Shown: piece by piece, positions 26,096 to 36,278 of the stretch
How the letters are laid out: each line of letters begins with the position of its first letter
Numbering within the stretch: the first letter of the stretch is position 1
NCBI GenBank assembly: GCA_964383575.1
Contig: CAYLHI010000001.1
Span: 18,442-82,441 of the forward strand
Source: an uncultured Pelolinea sp.
Lineage (GTDB): Bacteria > Chloroflexota > Anaerolineae > Anaerolineales > Anaerolineaceae
DNA length: 64,000 bases
Reading direction: 5' to 3'
Made by a program: the position numbers and the translations under genes
The notes under the pieces: generated by a model
Seen by the model: only the letters and a program-made list of their open reading frames with translations
What the model was told of the DNA's origin: nothing
Databases searched by the model: none

Positions 26096-28066
26096 TTATT
26101 CAGCATCTGTGCAGTCTTCACCAACGCGTAAATGTTCAACATCCATCAGAAATTCATTTTTCTGATCAATATTTCCGGCAAATCCGCATACATCCACGTT
26201 TTTCAAGAAGGATGCGGGGTGAAGGTACACAGGTATAAAGGGCAGTTCATTATTAAGGATCTGCAGCGCATTCCGCGCCGCCTGAACTGAAGCATCCGCG
26301 TCCAACCCTCCCTGCTCGCTAAGGGCGCATGTTTCATCATAGGAAGGATTTGAAAATCCGTAGTAATTCGCGCCGCCGGTTTTCTCTCCCAGCCAATAAT
26401 TCACATCAGTCGGTATCTCGCCTGTCGTGAACATCTCACAATTAAAATCCCCATCCGTTTGCCATGAAAACAGCGCAAGGTCAAACTGCCGCCCAAAGAT
26501 GAGCCCGTCAGGACCGGGCTGGTAGAGTTCACTGGCAGGCACCTGTAAAATATCCACCTTAATACCGCAATTCGCAAGTCCGGCAGCAATCTCTGCGGCA
26601 ATCTCCCCACGCAGTGTAGATTCCGAAATAAGCAGGTCCACTTCAAATGCCGTCCCCGGGGGAACGTTAAAAACGTTAACAGCGGTTAATGGCGTATCCG
26701 AGTTGAAGTCCCGGTCCCTCCAACCAACCTGCTCTAATAACGAAATGCCCAGCGTAGGATCATGAGGATAGGGCGTCAGGGAAATTCCATCCATCAGAGG
26801 ATGATCTGCGCTGAAAATGGAATCGGTAACTTCTACTGCACCACCCAACAATTTATTTTTAATCGTGTCCCGATCCATGCAATGCGCTAGTGCCTGGCGG
26901 GTGCGGCTATCTCCAAAGATATCCGGGCGGTCAACGCCATCATATGGGTAATAATAGTCATCATACGCATACGGTTTGATGCCAATAGCCAATATCTCTA
27001 TTTCAGTTGGTTGAAACGCTTCTAATGAAAAATCGGGGTTCTGCACTTTTTTAGAAAGATAAATAACATCCTGCAGATCAAGAGCTGTGGGAGAAATAAT
27101 GTCACATTCCGCTTCAGCATCCAGGAGAATGGTATCCGGTTCAGCATTAGTGAGGAACTTGAAAGTGATGATATCTGTAAGCGGCAGTCCCTCATCCGCG
27201 CGGAAATAGTAGGGATTCTTCCGCAAGCGGATGAATGCGCCCGGCAGCCATTCGTCCACCATATATGCTCCCCACCCCAGCGGGCTGCGGTTCACTTCCT
27301 CCACCTCCAGCAGGTCTTCCGCGATGTATTCTCCCCAGGCATGCTCAGGCATCGGCGGCCAGAAATAATCCTCAAAAGCGTCTGTCACCAACCCGGGTTT
27401 TCCCACCCACTCGATTGTTGTATCATCCATCACCGTATAGCTGGCTGTCTGATCAATGGCGCGCTTGCTGATCGGAGTGGCGGGGTCTGAAGCAACCTGA
27501 AAGGCATACAGGGAATCAGACGCGGATAGGGGCTGCCCATCAGACCATTTCAACCCACCCAGGAGCTCAAAGGTGGCGGTCAATTGGTCTATCTGAAGTT
27601 CGTTGATCCCATCCCAGGCAGCGGCGCAAGCAGGGGTGGTGCACCCACTGGGGAAGACGCGCGTGCCGGGCTGCAGGGCGACCAGATCGCCATAAGTGTT
27701 GACCACTTCATCACCTTCGGATACGGAAACGGGAGTAAAGTACGCTGAGCCATCGGAAAAATCAGGCATCTTTTTGAGGATCACGGGTTCTATTTGTCCG
27801 CTGCTGAGGATATCAATTGGTCCATCATAGATGGCTTGAAGGACTTCCTGAGCGGCTTGTGAGTTGGCTTGATATAGATAGAGGGAGCGCGGTTCGTATC
27901 CCAGGCAGATTGTTATTTCAGTGGGAGGAAGCTGAGTGGGTGTCGCAGGAATTGATGTTGGTTGGGGATCTAACAAGTTCATTAAATTGCATCCAGTTAA
28001 ATTGAACAAGCCTATGAGAGCTGCTAACAGCATTACAGTAATTTGTTTATATCCCTTCATCCACAC
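26096..28066 (-). CDS. family-5 substrate-binding lipoprotein (canonical domain order)
   Basis: Lipobox 'NLTGC'. 'LGGLKWSDGQPLSASDSLYAF' lies near the N-terminus and 'LFSWQTDGDFNC' near the C-terminus. Confidence 0.8.
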   Translation of the reverse strand: MWMKGYKQITVMLLAALIGLFNLTGCNLMNLLDPQPTSIPATPTQLPPTEITICLGYEPRSLYLYQANSQAAQEVLQAIYDGPIDILSSGQIEPVILKKMPDFSDGSAYFTPVSVSEGDEVVNTYGDLVALQPGTRVFPSGCTTPACAAAWDGINELQIDQLTATFELLGGLKWSDGQPLSASDSLYAFQVASDPATPISKRAIDQTASYTVMDDTTIEWVGKPGLVTDAFEDYFWPPMPEHAWGEYIAEDLLEVEEVNRSPLGWGAYMVDEWLPGAFIRLRKNPYYFRADEGLPLTDIITFKFLTNAEPDTILLDAEAECDIISPTALDLQDVIYLSKKVQNPDFSLEAFQPTEIEILAIGIKPYAYDDYYYPYDGVDRPDIFGDSRTRQALAHCMDRDTIKNKLLGGAVEVTDSIFSADHPLMDGISLTPYPHDPTLGISLLEQVGWRDRDFNSDTPLTAVNVFNVPPGTAFEVDLLISESTLRGEIAAEIAAGLANCGIKVDILQVPASELYQPGPDGLIFGRQFDLALFSWQTDGDFNCEMFTTGEIPTDVNYWLGEKTGGANYYGFSNPSYDETCALSEQGGLDADASVQAARNALQILNNELPFIPVYLHPASFLKNVDVCGFAGNIDQKNEFLMDVEHLRVGEDCTDAE

Positions 28067-28108
28067 TCCGTTATCCTGACCCGCATATTATAAGAGAATA
28101 ATCCCAAA

Positions 28109-29023
28109 TCAATCGTTATCTCCAAGCCGTAAGCGCACATATGAATCATAGCGCTGCGGGTGGATTTTCCCATTCACAACGGCCTGCTTGACAGCACAGC
28201 CCGGTTCATTGATATGGCTGCAGTTATTGAAGCGGCAGTCCGCCACTAGACCGCGGATCTCCGGGAAATACCCGTCCAGTTCCTCCGGTTCAGTATCCCA
28301 TAGGGACAGGGAACGCAAACCAGGCATATCAGCAACATATCCCCCCTCCTCCAGAGGAAATAACTGCCGCACCACAGTCGTGTGGCGCCCTTTCTTCGAT
28401 GAATTTCTTAATCCGCCAATGCACAACCCGAGTTCGGGCTGGACCCGGTTTAATAAGCTGGATTTCCCCACACCAGATGGGCCGGAAAAAGCGCTTATCT
28501 TTCCGATCAGGCGCTCCTTCAATTTATCAATATTCCGTTTCTTCTTTGCGGATGTGAACAGCATTTGATATCCTAATTGCGAATACACTGTAAACAATTT
28601 TCTGGCTGCCCTAATTCCAATAAGATCAATCTTATTTGCCACTATCACAACCGGAATACGCTGTTTCTCTGTGATCACCAGAAAGCGGTCCAGCATTCTC
28701 AAGCTGGGTTCTGGATCCGCACATGAAAAAACAAGCAGGATCTGATCCGGATTAGCGAGCAGGATTTGCTTATAATCCCCCCGTGCTGAGGGCGCCATTC
28801 GTAAGAAAGCTTTTTCTCGCGGATGGATCTCTTCAATAACCCCACTGCCGTCTTCCAGCAGATGAATCTGCACACGATCACCTACAGCGACAATATCTTC
28901 ATTCAGGCGATTCTTTTTATGGCGCCCGCGCAGGCGGCAGGTAATTTCACGGCGGTCTATATGTACCATATAAAATCCAGACTGCAGGCGGGTAACCAAT
29001 CCGTTCAATGTACTGCCTGTCAT
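28109..29023 (-). CDS. rsgA: ribosome small-subunit-dependent GTPase A
   Basis: Circularly ordered GTPase motifs 'VANKIDL' then 'GPSGVGKSSLLN'. Zinc knuckle 'CRFNNCSHINEPGCAV'. Confidence 0.9.
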   Translation of the reverse strand: MTGSTLNGLVTRLQSGFYMVHIDRREITCRLRGRHKKNRLNEDIVAVGDRVQIHLLEDGSGVIEEIHPREKAFLRMAPSARGDYKQILLANPDQILLVFSCADPEPSLRMLDRFLVITEKQRIPVVIVANKIDLIGIRAARKLFTVYSQLGYQMLFTSAKKKRNIDKLKERLIGKISAFSGPSGVGKSSLLNRVQPELGLCIGGLRNSSKKGRHTTVVRQLFPLEEGGYVADMPGLRSLSLWDTEPEELDGYFPEIRGLVADCRFNNCSHINEPGCAVKQAVVNGKIHPQRYDSYVRLRLGDND

Positions 29024-31278
29024 CCAGATGGGGTTGGCGTGGAGACCTCCTGCGATGGCGCAGAGCCAGAGGATGCGGGAGGATTTGAACCTGGAATCGG
29101 TGTCTCTGTGAATTCAGGTGTCGGAGTTCTGGTTACATTGAAGTCGGATTCCCATGGGTAAAGTTTCAGTGGTTCGTCATAGTAGTACGTTTCCATCACA
29201 CGACGGAATACAGGGGCAGCCACTTCTGAACCCTCACCGCCATTCTCTATGATCACCGTAATCGCTATATCCAGCTTATCTGCACGCCCGGTACTTGTGT
29301 ACCCCGTGAACCAGGCATGGGAATCGCCCAGTGGGTTTTCAGCTGTGCCCGTCTTCCCGTAAATCGGAATGCTTAAGTCACCTAATTCGTTATTGGCAGT
29401 CCCAATTGAAGATTTAACCACACCGTGCATCGCAACACTGATCGCATCCAGCGTTTCCTGAGAAACGGGCAGCACACCGTCTTCCTGAGGAGAGAAAGTA
29501 TAAACATCCACACCATTCGTGGATGTGATCCGCTCAATGATCTGCGGACGGTAAAGCGTGCCCCCATTCGCTAATGCAGCTGTGAAACGTACTACCTGGA
29601 GTGGAGTAACAAGCATGTCACCCTGCCCAATGCCCTGCTGGACCGCAGCGCCATCCGAAGCAGGATCAATGATCTGTCCGGTGTCTTCGGCTACCTGATC
29701 AATTCCTGTCGCGCTGCCCAAACCAAACCCACGAGCTATATCTGATAGGTAAGAAGCGCCTTTTTGGCGGAACAGGTCTAACCCAATGTGATAGAACCAC
29801 GGGTTGCAGGAGCGAATCAAGCCCTGGGTTAAGGATAGTGTTCCGCTTGGCGGCAGGTCCTTATCAACAGTCCAATCTTTAAAGCGCTCACCAGGCAGCT
29901 CTTCAAAATACGAACCACAGAAATAGGTTGTTTCCGGGGTGTATAAATCGCTTTCAAGGGCAGCAGCCATGCCGATGATCTTGAATACTGACCCCAGGGG
30001 ATACGAACCCTGGGTTACTCGATTCAACAACCGCTGCTGGCCGTCGTTGAGCATATCGTCAAGTAATTCAGCTGAATTACTATTCACCGGTGTAAATAAA
30101 TTAGAGTCGAAATTGGGAGAAGAAGCCATCGCTAAAACACGGCCGGTTTCCACCTCCATGACAACCACCGCTCCTTTTAAGCCGAGCAGTGCTTTTTGGG
30201 CTTCGACCTGTAAATTTTTATCAAAGGTCGTTGTGATATCCTGAGGTAATTTTGCGTCTGCCTGATTGAGGTAGGAAAGGATCTGATCACCCGAATCCAC
30301 CACGTACAATGAAGCTGCAGGTTTCCCGGCCAGTGACTCTTCAGCATACTTCTCCAGCCCCGCCTGTCCGATCTGCTCATCACCGAGATACCCTTTCGCC
30401 CGATATTCTTCCACCTGTTCAGGTGTGATGGGCAGTAAATATCCGATGGCCTGTGAAGCAATCCCGCCGTTATAGTAATACCGTGATTGGAATTCGGCTA
30501 GCTGCAATCCACCCAAACCCGTGATAACATCCCATTTTTCGCTAATCTCAGCTGCGGATACTTCCCCAACTGGAACATACCAGTTGGTTTGGCGAATATC
30601 CTCATAAGAAGACTGGATTGATTCAGGCGTCCTGCCCGTGAGGTCAGCAAGATAATTCAGCAGAATCCCCTCTTTTCCATCCTCAATCTGATTGGGAATA
30701 ATGGCAAGTGCGTACGCAGTGGTTTGATCGACGATCGGCTGGCCGTCGCGTGCATAGATATCACCGCGCTCAGAGTACACCGTTTCCAGCTGCAGCCGAT
30801 TTCCACCTGCCAATTCCGGCAGAATCAGACCCGGGTTCCAATCCACTTTCCAGACATTATCCTCAAGAGTGAGTGTCATGTTAATTTCACGATCAAAAAT
30901 ACCAAACAATGAGGTGTTGAAAATGGCTTTATATTTAGCGGTCGCGGAATTTGGATCCTTCATTGTAGACAGCAGCTGTGTTTCAACTGATTGTAAAGTC
31001 GTGTTATATGCTATTTTCTGATAGTAGTCATTAAAATCTTCAGCAGTCACCCCCTGCTGGGAAGCGGATGAAAGCATCTGATACATCTGATCATATCCTC
31101 CAGTTTTCCAGAGGGACAAGAATGATTCAACCGTATTGTCCACTTCAGGGGCGGCGGAAACCTGCACATAAGGGGTAGGCAATTCTCCGCCTGGCTTTTT
31201 CGCGCAGGAAAAGAGCAACAAAGATACCGCAACCAAAATTAAGAATCCCTTGTTTTTCTTCATATAATGTATCTCCAT
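29020..31278 (-). CDS. penicillin-binding protein (class B transpeptidase) with N-terminal NTF2/MecA_N-like domain and Pro/Thr/Ser-rich tail
   Basis: 'GSVFKII' (SxxK), 'IRSCNPWF' (SxN) and 'GKTGTAE' (KTG). The likely start is MKKNKG (31263), with lipobox 'LLFSC'. Confidence 0.85.
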   Translation of the reverse strand: MEIHYMKKNKGFLILVAVSLLLFSCAKKPGGELPTPYVQVSAAPEVDNTVESFLSLWKTGGYDQMYQMLSSASQQGVTAEDFNDYYQKIAYNTTLQSVETQLLSTMKDPNSATAKYKAIFNTSLFGIFDREINMTLTLEDNVWKVDWNPGLILPELAGGNRLQLETVYSERGDIYARDGQPIVDQTTAYALAIIPNQIEDGKEGILLNYLADLTGRTPESIQSSYEDIRQTNWYVPVGEVSAAEISEKWDVITGLGGLQLAEFQSRYYYNGGIASQAIGYLLPITPEQVEEYRAKGYLGDEQIGQAGLEKYAEESLAGKPAASLYVVDSGDQILSYLNQADAKLPQDITTTFDKNLQVEAQKALLGLKGAVVVMEVETGRVLAMASSPNFDSNLFTPVNSNSAELLDDMLNDGQQRLLNRVTQGSYPLGSVFKIIGMAAALESDLYTPETTYFCGSYFEELPGERFKDWTVDKDLPPSGTLSLTQGLIRSCNPWFYHIGLDLFRQKGASYLSDIARGFGLGSATGIDQVAEDTGQIIDPASDGAAVQQGIGQGDMLVTPLQVVRFTAALANGGTLYRPQIIERITSTNGVDVYTFSPQEDGVLPVSQETLDAISVAMHGVVKSSIGTANNELGDLSIPIYGKTGTAENPLGDSHAWFTGYTSTGRADKLDIAITVIIENGGEGSEVAAPVFRRVMETYYYDEPLKLYPWESDFNVTRTPTPEFTETPIPGSNPPASSGSAPSQEVSTPTPSG

Positions 31279-31286
31279 AGACCGCC

Positions 31287-31955
31287 TTAACCAATGTCCT
31301 CACCAGCCATCACTCGGCTGGTGATCAAACAGTTGTATTCTAAATGATTTTGGCAAATTACTGCCAATCCACTCGGTTTATAAATTGAGAATTTTAACAG
31401 TGTTCTTTCCAAATGGCACAGCGGCATTCCCATCACACTGGCGAAACAACCATTGAAATCAGCCACCGGGTGAAAAGCGGTATTCTGAATCGCATAGGCG
31501 CCTGCTTTATCCATTGGATCACCGCTGGCAACATACTGTTTAATCTCTTTAGCTGAATATTCCCTCATTTGAACACGCGTGCAGCAAATATCCTGGTGCA
31601 CATGCCCAGTATTACCAGATCGAACCGCGATTGCTGTCATGACCCAATGTTCACGGCCGCGCAGCCGGAAGAGCATTTCATATGCTTCTCCTTCATCCGC
31701 AGGTTTCCCCAGTATCTCTTCATCCAACATCACAATAGTATCGGCAGCAATAACAACATCATCCAAACCAGCCCCTGGAATCGGATAACTCACCTTTTCA
31801 GCGGCAAGGCGGATGACACATTCCTGCGCGGATTCCTCCGGACGTCTGGATTCATCAATATTCGCGGCTGACGCTTCCAGATTCCAATCTATCCATGATA
31901 GCATTTCTCTTCTGCGAGGGGAATTTGAAGCCAGCCAGAACTTGCATTGTGCCAT
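31287..31955 (-). CDS. maf: Maf-like nucleoside triphosphate pyrophosphatase
   Basis: 'WLASNSPRRREML' and 'DKAGAYAIQ'. Confidence 0.85.
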   Translation of the reverse strand: MAQCKFWLASNSPRRREMLSWIDWNLEASAANIDESRRPEESAQECVIRLAAEKVSYPIPGAGLDDVVIAADTIVMLDEEILGKPADEGEAYEMLFRLRGREHWVMTAIAVRSGNTGHVHQDICCTRVQMREYSAKEIKQYVASGDPMDKAGAYAIQNTAFHPVADFNGCFASVMGMPLCHLERTLLKFSIYKPSGLAVICQNHLEYNCLITSRVMAGEDIG

Positions 31956-32086
31956 AGGTTTCTGATTTTAACACACTGCGCGCTCATTTTCCTCCGGTAG
32001 GGTAACGCTTAATAAGGATATATAAAAATCTTACCTGTTTCAAAACTTGATAAGCGGATTAATTTATTTCTAATATATATTAAGGA

Positions 32087-33151
32087 ATGAAAAGATGGCC
32101 CGCAAACAGTATAATCTTAGCGGAAAAAAGTATGGAATTTGATATCCTCACTCAATTTGATACGCTCACAGAGCAGGAATGGAATCTTCTGTTAGCTCAA
32201 AGTGTGGTGGACACACCCTTTTTGAGATATGGCTATCAACGCACATGGTGGCAACATAAAGGCGGCGGCGAATGGCCGCAGGCGGAACTGCGAATCATCA
32301 CAGCCCGTGAAGATGGGCATCTTATTGGCATCGCTTCATTATTCAACGGTGAAAAAAACGGGAATAAGGAAATTCACTTTATCGGCAGCGTAGAGATCTC
32401 CGATTATTTAGATTTCATCGTTCAGCGACAAAGCTCCGAGATGTTTATCACCAGTGTTTTTAAGCTGATAAAAAAAGAAAAAGCGCTATTTCCAGGAAAA
32501 ATCCATTTAGCCAACATTCCTGATAATTCCCCCAACTTACAGACCATAAAGGAAATTGGGAAGAGTGAAGATTGGTCAGTTGAAATAGAACCTGCCTACC
32601 ATACACCCGCTATCACGTTACCCGAGGATTGGGAAACGTACCTGGCGGGGATCAATAAGAAACAACGCCATGAGATCCGACGAAAACTGCGCCGGGCGAG
32701 CGAATCCGAGGATAATGTATCCTGGCATATCACCGCTGAAAAAAGCATGCTTAATCAAGATACCGCTGACTTTCTCCAATTAATGGAATTGGATGAGGAA
32801 AAGAAACGCTTCCTTACAGAGGATATGCGAAAGCAAATGGACGCGATCGTTCAGTGGGCTTTCGACGCGGGAATTCTACAGTTGTCATTTCTAACTATCA
32901 ATGATGAAAAGGCAGCTGGATATCTGTGCTTTGATTACGGAAATAGGATCTGGGTATACAATTCCGGTTTTCGCCCCGATTATCAGTACTATTCACCAGG
33001 CTGGGTACTGCTCAGTTATCTGATCCAGCATGCGATAAAAACAGGAAAAACGCATTTTGATTTCATGCGCGGAGATGAGAATTATAAATACCGTTTTGGC
33101 GCAGTTGATAGTTTTGTGATGAAAGCACATGCCGAATTAATCCGTCATTAA
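32087..33151 (+). CDS. GNAT-fold acetyltransferase, BioF2/CelD(FemAB)-like
   Basis: 'PFLRYGYQRTWWQH', 'INKKQRHEIRRKLRR' and 'FDFMRGDENYKYRFG'. An alternative start is at MEFD (32132). Confidence 0.6.
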   Translation: MKRWPANSIILAEKSMEFDILTQFDTLTEQEWNLLLAQSVVDTPFLRYGYQRTWWQHKGGGEWPQAELRIITAREDGHLIGIASLFNGEKNGNKEIHFIGSVEISDYLDFIVQRQSSEMFITSVFKLIKKEKALFPGKIHLANIPDNSPNLQTIKEIGKSEDWSVEIEPAYHTPAITLPEDWETYLAGINKKQRHEIRRKLRRASESEDNVSWHITAEKSMLNQDTADFLQLMELDEEKKRFLTEDMRKQMDAIVQWAFDAGILQLSFLTINDEKAAGYLCFDYGNRIWVYNSGFRPDYQYYSPGWVLLSYLIQHAIKTGKTHFDFMRGDENYKYRFGAVDSFVMKAHAELIRH

Positions 33152-34617
33152 AATTCAGCCTCACCCCATACTTTCATCAAACGCGTAAAGAACACAACCA
33201 TTTTTCCTAATCCATCCACGCTGATGCGCTCGTTTATCCCATGGATACCTTTACGGCTTTCAGATGTCATCAAGACCGGCGAGAATTTATAGATATTCCT
33301 GCAGATGGGTTGGTAATGGCGGGAATCCGTGGCGGCGAGGAAGGCAAAGGGAGCCACGGCTACATTATTAAAAACCTGCCGAATAACCAGATCCAGTGAT
33401 AAATAAGCCGGTGTATCTGTTGGAGACACATCAGATGCACCCCAACCGCCGTTCTTTTCATCAATTGACACCGCAACACGCAGGTCGCCAATCACTTTTG
33501 TGAAATGATCAATGACATCCTGCACGGAATCACCAGGCAGCAAGCGGCAGTTAACTTTCGCGCATGCCAGCGCCGGTAAAATATTATCCTTTATACCGCC
33601 TTTAATCATCGTTGCCGCTTGAGTGGTGCGGATCGTGGCGTTCATTTGTGTGGTCTTAGCCAACTGATTCAACAAGATGGGTTTGAAAAGCCAGGCATTT
33701 GCTATAACTAACTGCAGCCCGAAGGGCAGCAAATGCCCAATATTTTGCAGAGTCGGTAAAATGAAATCGAGGCGCGCCGGCATGGGATTATCATCCATCA
33801 GCGCTAATGCCCGAGCAATGACTCCGACAGCTGTCTGGCGCGGGGGTATGGAGGAATGGCCCGGTTTACCTTTCGCACAAAGCTCCAGGGTAAGATACCC
33901 TTTCTCTGTGATGCCAACCAGCCCAACTGGCTCGTCTACACCTTCCAGCATCCCTTGTGTCAGCATACCGCCCTCATCCAACACAGCGGCTAATTTAACA
34001 CCTTCTGATTTAAGCTGATCTAATATCTTCTTGGCCCCATTAAACCCCATAATCTCTTCATCATGGCCAAACGCCAGATAAATCGTCCGTTTAGGAGTAT
34101 ATCCCTCATGTAACAGCCCTTCGACTGTCTCCAATAAAGCAATCAACTGGTTCTTCATATCCAGCGTACCGCGCCCCCAAACATAACCATCCTTTATCTC
34201 TCCACTGAAAGGTTCGCTGTTCCATTTATCTAACGTTTCTTCTTCCACGGGAACGACATCCATATGCGCATTAAATAAAACGGGGTCCAGTTTGTTTTCT
34301 GTACCTTTCCATTTAAACAGCAAACTGAATTCGTTGATCACAGCCCTTTCCAATTCACTGTTCAAAAACGGGTAAGTCTTTTCTATCCAATCTCGCATCG
34401 CTAAAAATGGCTGTTGGTCAACATCAGCAGCATCCACTTTTGAAATACTCCGGATCTGGACTGCCTCTGACAAATGATGAGCAATTTGGGTCTCATGGAT
34501 GCTTATTGCAGGAATCGGTTCCACCGCTGTTGAGCGATCTCGAAAACGCAGAGTTCGGAACAGTAAGAATGCAATGAAAAAGAGGATGATAACAAGCACC
34601 GCAATTAATATATTCAT
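33148..34617 (-). CDS. M20-family metallopeptidase (membrane-anchored)
   Basis: 'FNAHMDVVP', 'WGRGTLDMK' and 'AFGHDEE'. N-terminal TM helix. Confidence 0.8.
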   Translation of the reverse strand: MNILIAVLVIILFFIAFLLFRTLRFRDRSTAVEPIPAISIHETQIAHHLSEAVQIRSISKVDAADVDQQPFLAMRDWIEKTYPFLNSELERAVINEFSLLFKWKGTENKLDPVLFNAHMDVVPVEEETLDKWNSEPFSGEIKDGYVWGRGTLDMKNQLIALLETVEGLLHEGYTPKRTIYLAFGHDEEIMGFNGAKKILDQLKSEGVKLAAVLDEGGMLTQGMLEGVDEPVGLVGITEKGYLTLELCAKGKPGHSSIPPRQTAVGVIARALALMDDNPMPARLDFILPTLQNIGHLLPFGLQLVIANAWLFKPILLNQLAKTTQMNATIRTTQAATMIKGGIKDNILPALACAKVNCRLLPGDSVQDVIDHFTKVIGDLRVAVSIDEKNGGWGASDVSPTDTPAYLSLDLVIRQVFNNVAVAPFAFLAATDSRHYQPICRNIYKFSPVLMTSESRKGIHGINERISVDGLGKMVVFFTRLMKVWGEAEF

Positions 34618-34718
34618 AGTTGGTAGGCTTCCAGATTATTTTTCCGCTAATTATATGCAATATTCCTTAAATAAAAGACACCCGCACATCACGGGTGTCT
34701 AATTCATAGAACTGATTC

Positions 34719-35417
34719 TTATTGAGAAAGCATTGAGGTGAGCGCTTTCAGCAAGGTTGAGGTAACCAATTGACTGGACTGTTCTCTATATGGAGAACTT
34801 GCCATTTGGCTGCCGGATACCAGCGCACCCGTGAGTGCTTCCAGGTTGCTTTTTCCACCCTGTTTGGCGGATAAAAAGCTCATTCCCGCACCCAACAGAT
34901 CTCCCAGATCCGGACCATCCTGCGCATCCGCTGATCCAGCGCCGGATAGTGAGCCGAGCAGATCGTCCAGACCCTCACCATCATTCTGCCCACTGGTTTT
35001 GCCGCCGCTGACCAGTGACCCCAACAGGGAACCAAGCATATCGCCCGATGCCGCTGGTTTACTGGCAGGCGCTTCTCCAGCGCCAAGGACGGTCTGCACC
35101 ATTGACATGATGCTGCCTGCATTCAGGTCTTTACCTACCATCTGTTTGGCTGCTTCATTCAAACCCTGTGCATATAATTTTCCCGAGCCGCTTTTTGCTT
35201 TACTGCGCAACAGAGATGCCGCGTACTCCAACTGGTCCGCCGGGTCTGCGTTCTTCTTTTCCTTCACCGCCTGAGTGATGACCTCAAAAATCTCGACCAT
35301 ATGATCTCCATGGTCATGATTATAAGTATCTGCCTTATTCAATGTTGTCTTACTGTCTTTCATGGTTCTTGTGACCTGGTTGAAAAGAGAAAGCAGGTCA
35401 ATTTGGTTTTTTGTCAT
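34719..35417 (-). CDS. hypothetical protein, DhaL(Dak2)-like N-terminal domain with Gly/Ser/Leu-rich tail
   Basis: 'ADTYNHDHGDHMVEIF' resembles DhaL 'GDADHGLNM', and 'SGSGKLYAQG' resembles 'GGASGPLFG'. The tail 'LGSLLGSLVSGG...LDDLLGSLSGAG' is low complexity. Confidence 0.35.
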   Translation of the reverse strand: MTKNQIDLLSLFNQVTRTMKDSKTTLNKADTYNHDHGDHMVEIFEVITQAVKEKKNADPADQLEYAASLLRSKAKSGSGKLYAQGLNEAAKQMVGKDLNAGSIMSMVQTVLGAGEAPASKPAASGDMLGSLLGSLVSGGKTSGQNDGEGLDDLLGSLSGAGSADAQDGPDLGDLLGAGMSFLSAKQGGKSNLEALTGALVSGSQMASSPYREQSSQLVTSTLLKALTSMLSQ

Positions 35418-35477
35418 TTCTTCTACTCCATTTTTTTTATTATTGATTCATTTTACACGAAAAACATATTTTTATCG

Positions 35478-36233
35478 TTAGAAATTCACCACCCAATGCT
35501 GGTATAAACCCAGGTTTCCCTCTTTCCCATCAGAATAGAAATTGCCTGCCATTGAAAAACCACTGACGCGTGCAATATCGGTTAGTTCAGATGCAGTAAA
35601 AATGTGAACAAAACGAAAAGCTTGTTTATCATGACCATCTGTTTGCTGCGCACGCCAATCCATCAATATATCGCCGTGGTCCACATCCGATGAGTTGACC
35701 CCGACACTCTCCCAGGGCTGGATGCGTTTGACCAAGCGCGGGCTGCTGTGCGGCTGCCATACGGAAATATAACAGTCTTTTCCAGCTGCCAGCAATTTCC
35801 GCATCTGCGCGCAAAGCAATTTACGTCGCGCTTCGCCTGGAATGTGATGCAGAACCGCAAAGCAAAAAATGCCATCCCATTCCACATCAGGCAGGGAATT
35901 GGTCCATTTATCCTGATTCAAATCTGCTTTCTGGAATACAATTTCCTGTCCTTCTTTAATCGGCTGCACACTTTTTTCAGCTTTCGCAACCAGACCAAAA
36001 CTAAAATCTATCCCAAAGTACAACCCTGTATATCCTTTTTGCGTCCAGGCATGTGCAAGGTTCCCATTCCCACACCCAATATCCAACCAATTTCCCTTTT
36101 TTGCAACATTTTCTAAAATACTGGAAACACCGGGCTGAATCTTTCTTCTCGTCTGGGCAAACGAGTCGGCAAAATTTTGATAGAATTCCTGATTAATGCG
36201 GTTTAATTGATCGAGTGTTTCAGCTTTCATCAT
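35478..36233 (-). CDS. Trm9/ALKBH8-like class I SAM-dependent methyltransferase
   Basis: Colinear matches to yeast Trm9 as I recall it. 'YQNFADSFAQTRRKIQPG' vs 'YNEIAPHFSQTRYKPWP'; 'LDIGCGNG'; 'FCFAVLHHIPGEARR' vs 'SIAVVHHWSTRERR'; 'YISVWQ' vs 'IYCWA'; 'FRFVHIFTASELTD' vs 'RYYHLYREGELAED'. Confidence 0.7.
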   Translation of the reverse strand: MMKAETLDQLNRINQEFYQNFADSFAQTRRKIQPGVSSILENVAKKGNWLDIGCGNGNLAHAWTQKGYTGLYFGIDFSFGLVAKAEKSVQPIKEGQEIVFQKADLNQDKWTNSLPDVEWDGIFCFAVLHHIPGEARRKLLCAQMRKLLAAGKDCYISVWQPHSSPRLVKRIQPWESVGVNSSDVDHGDILMDWRAQQTDGHDKQAFRFVHIFTASELTDIARVSGFSMAGNFYSDGKEGNLGLYQHWVVNF

Positions 36234-36278
36234 GTTTGATTATAGCTTGTACTCAGGTTGCGATAGCCGCAGTCACTT

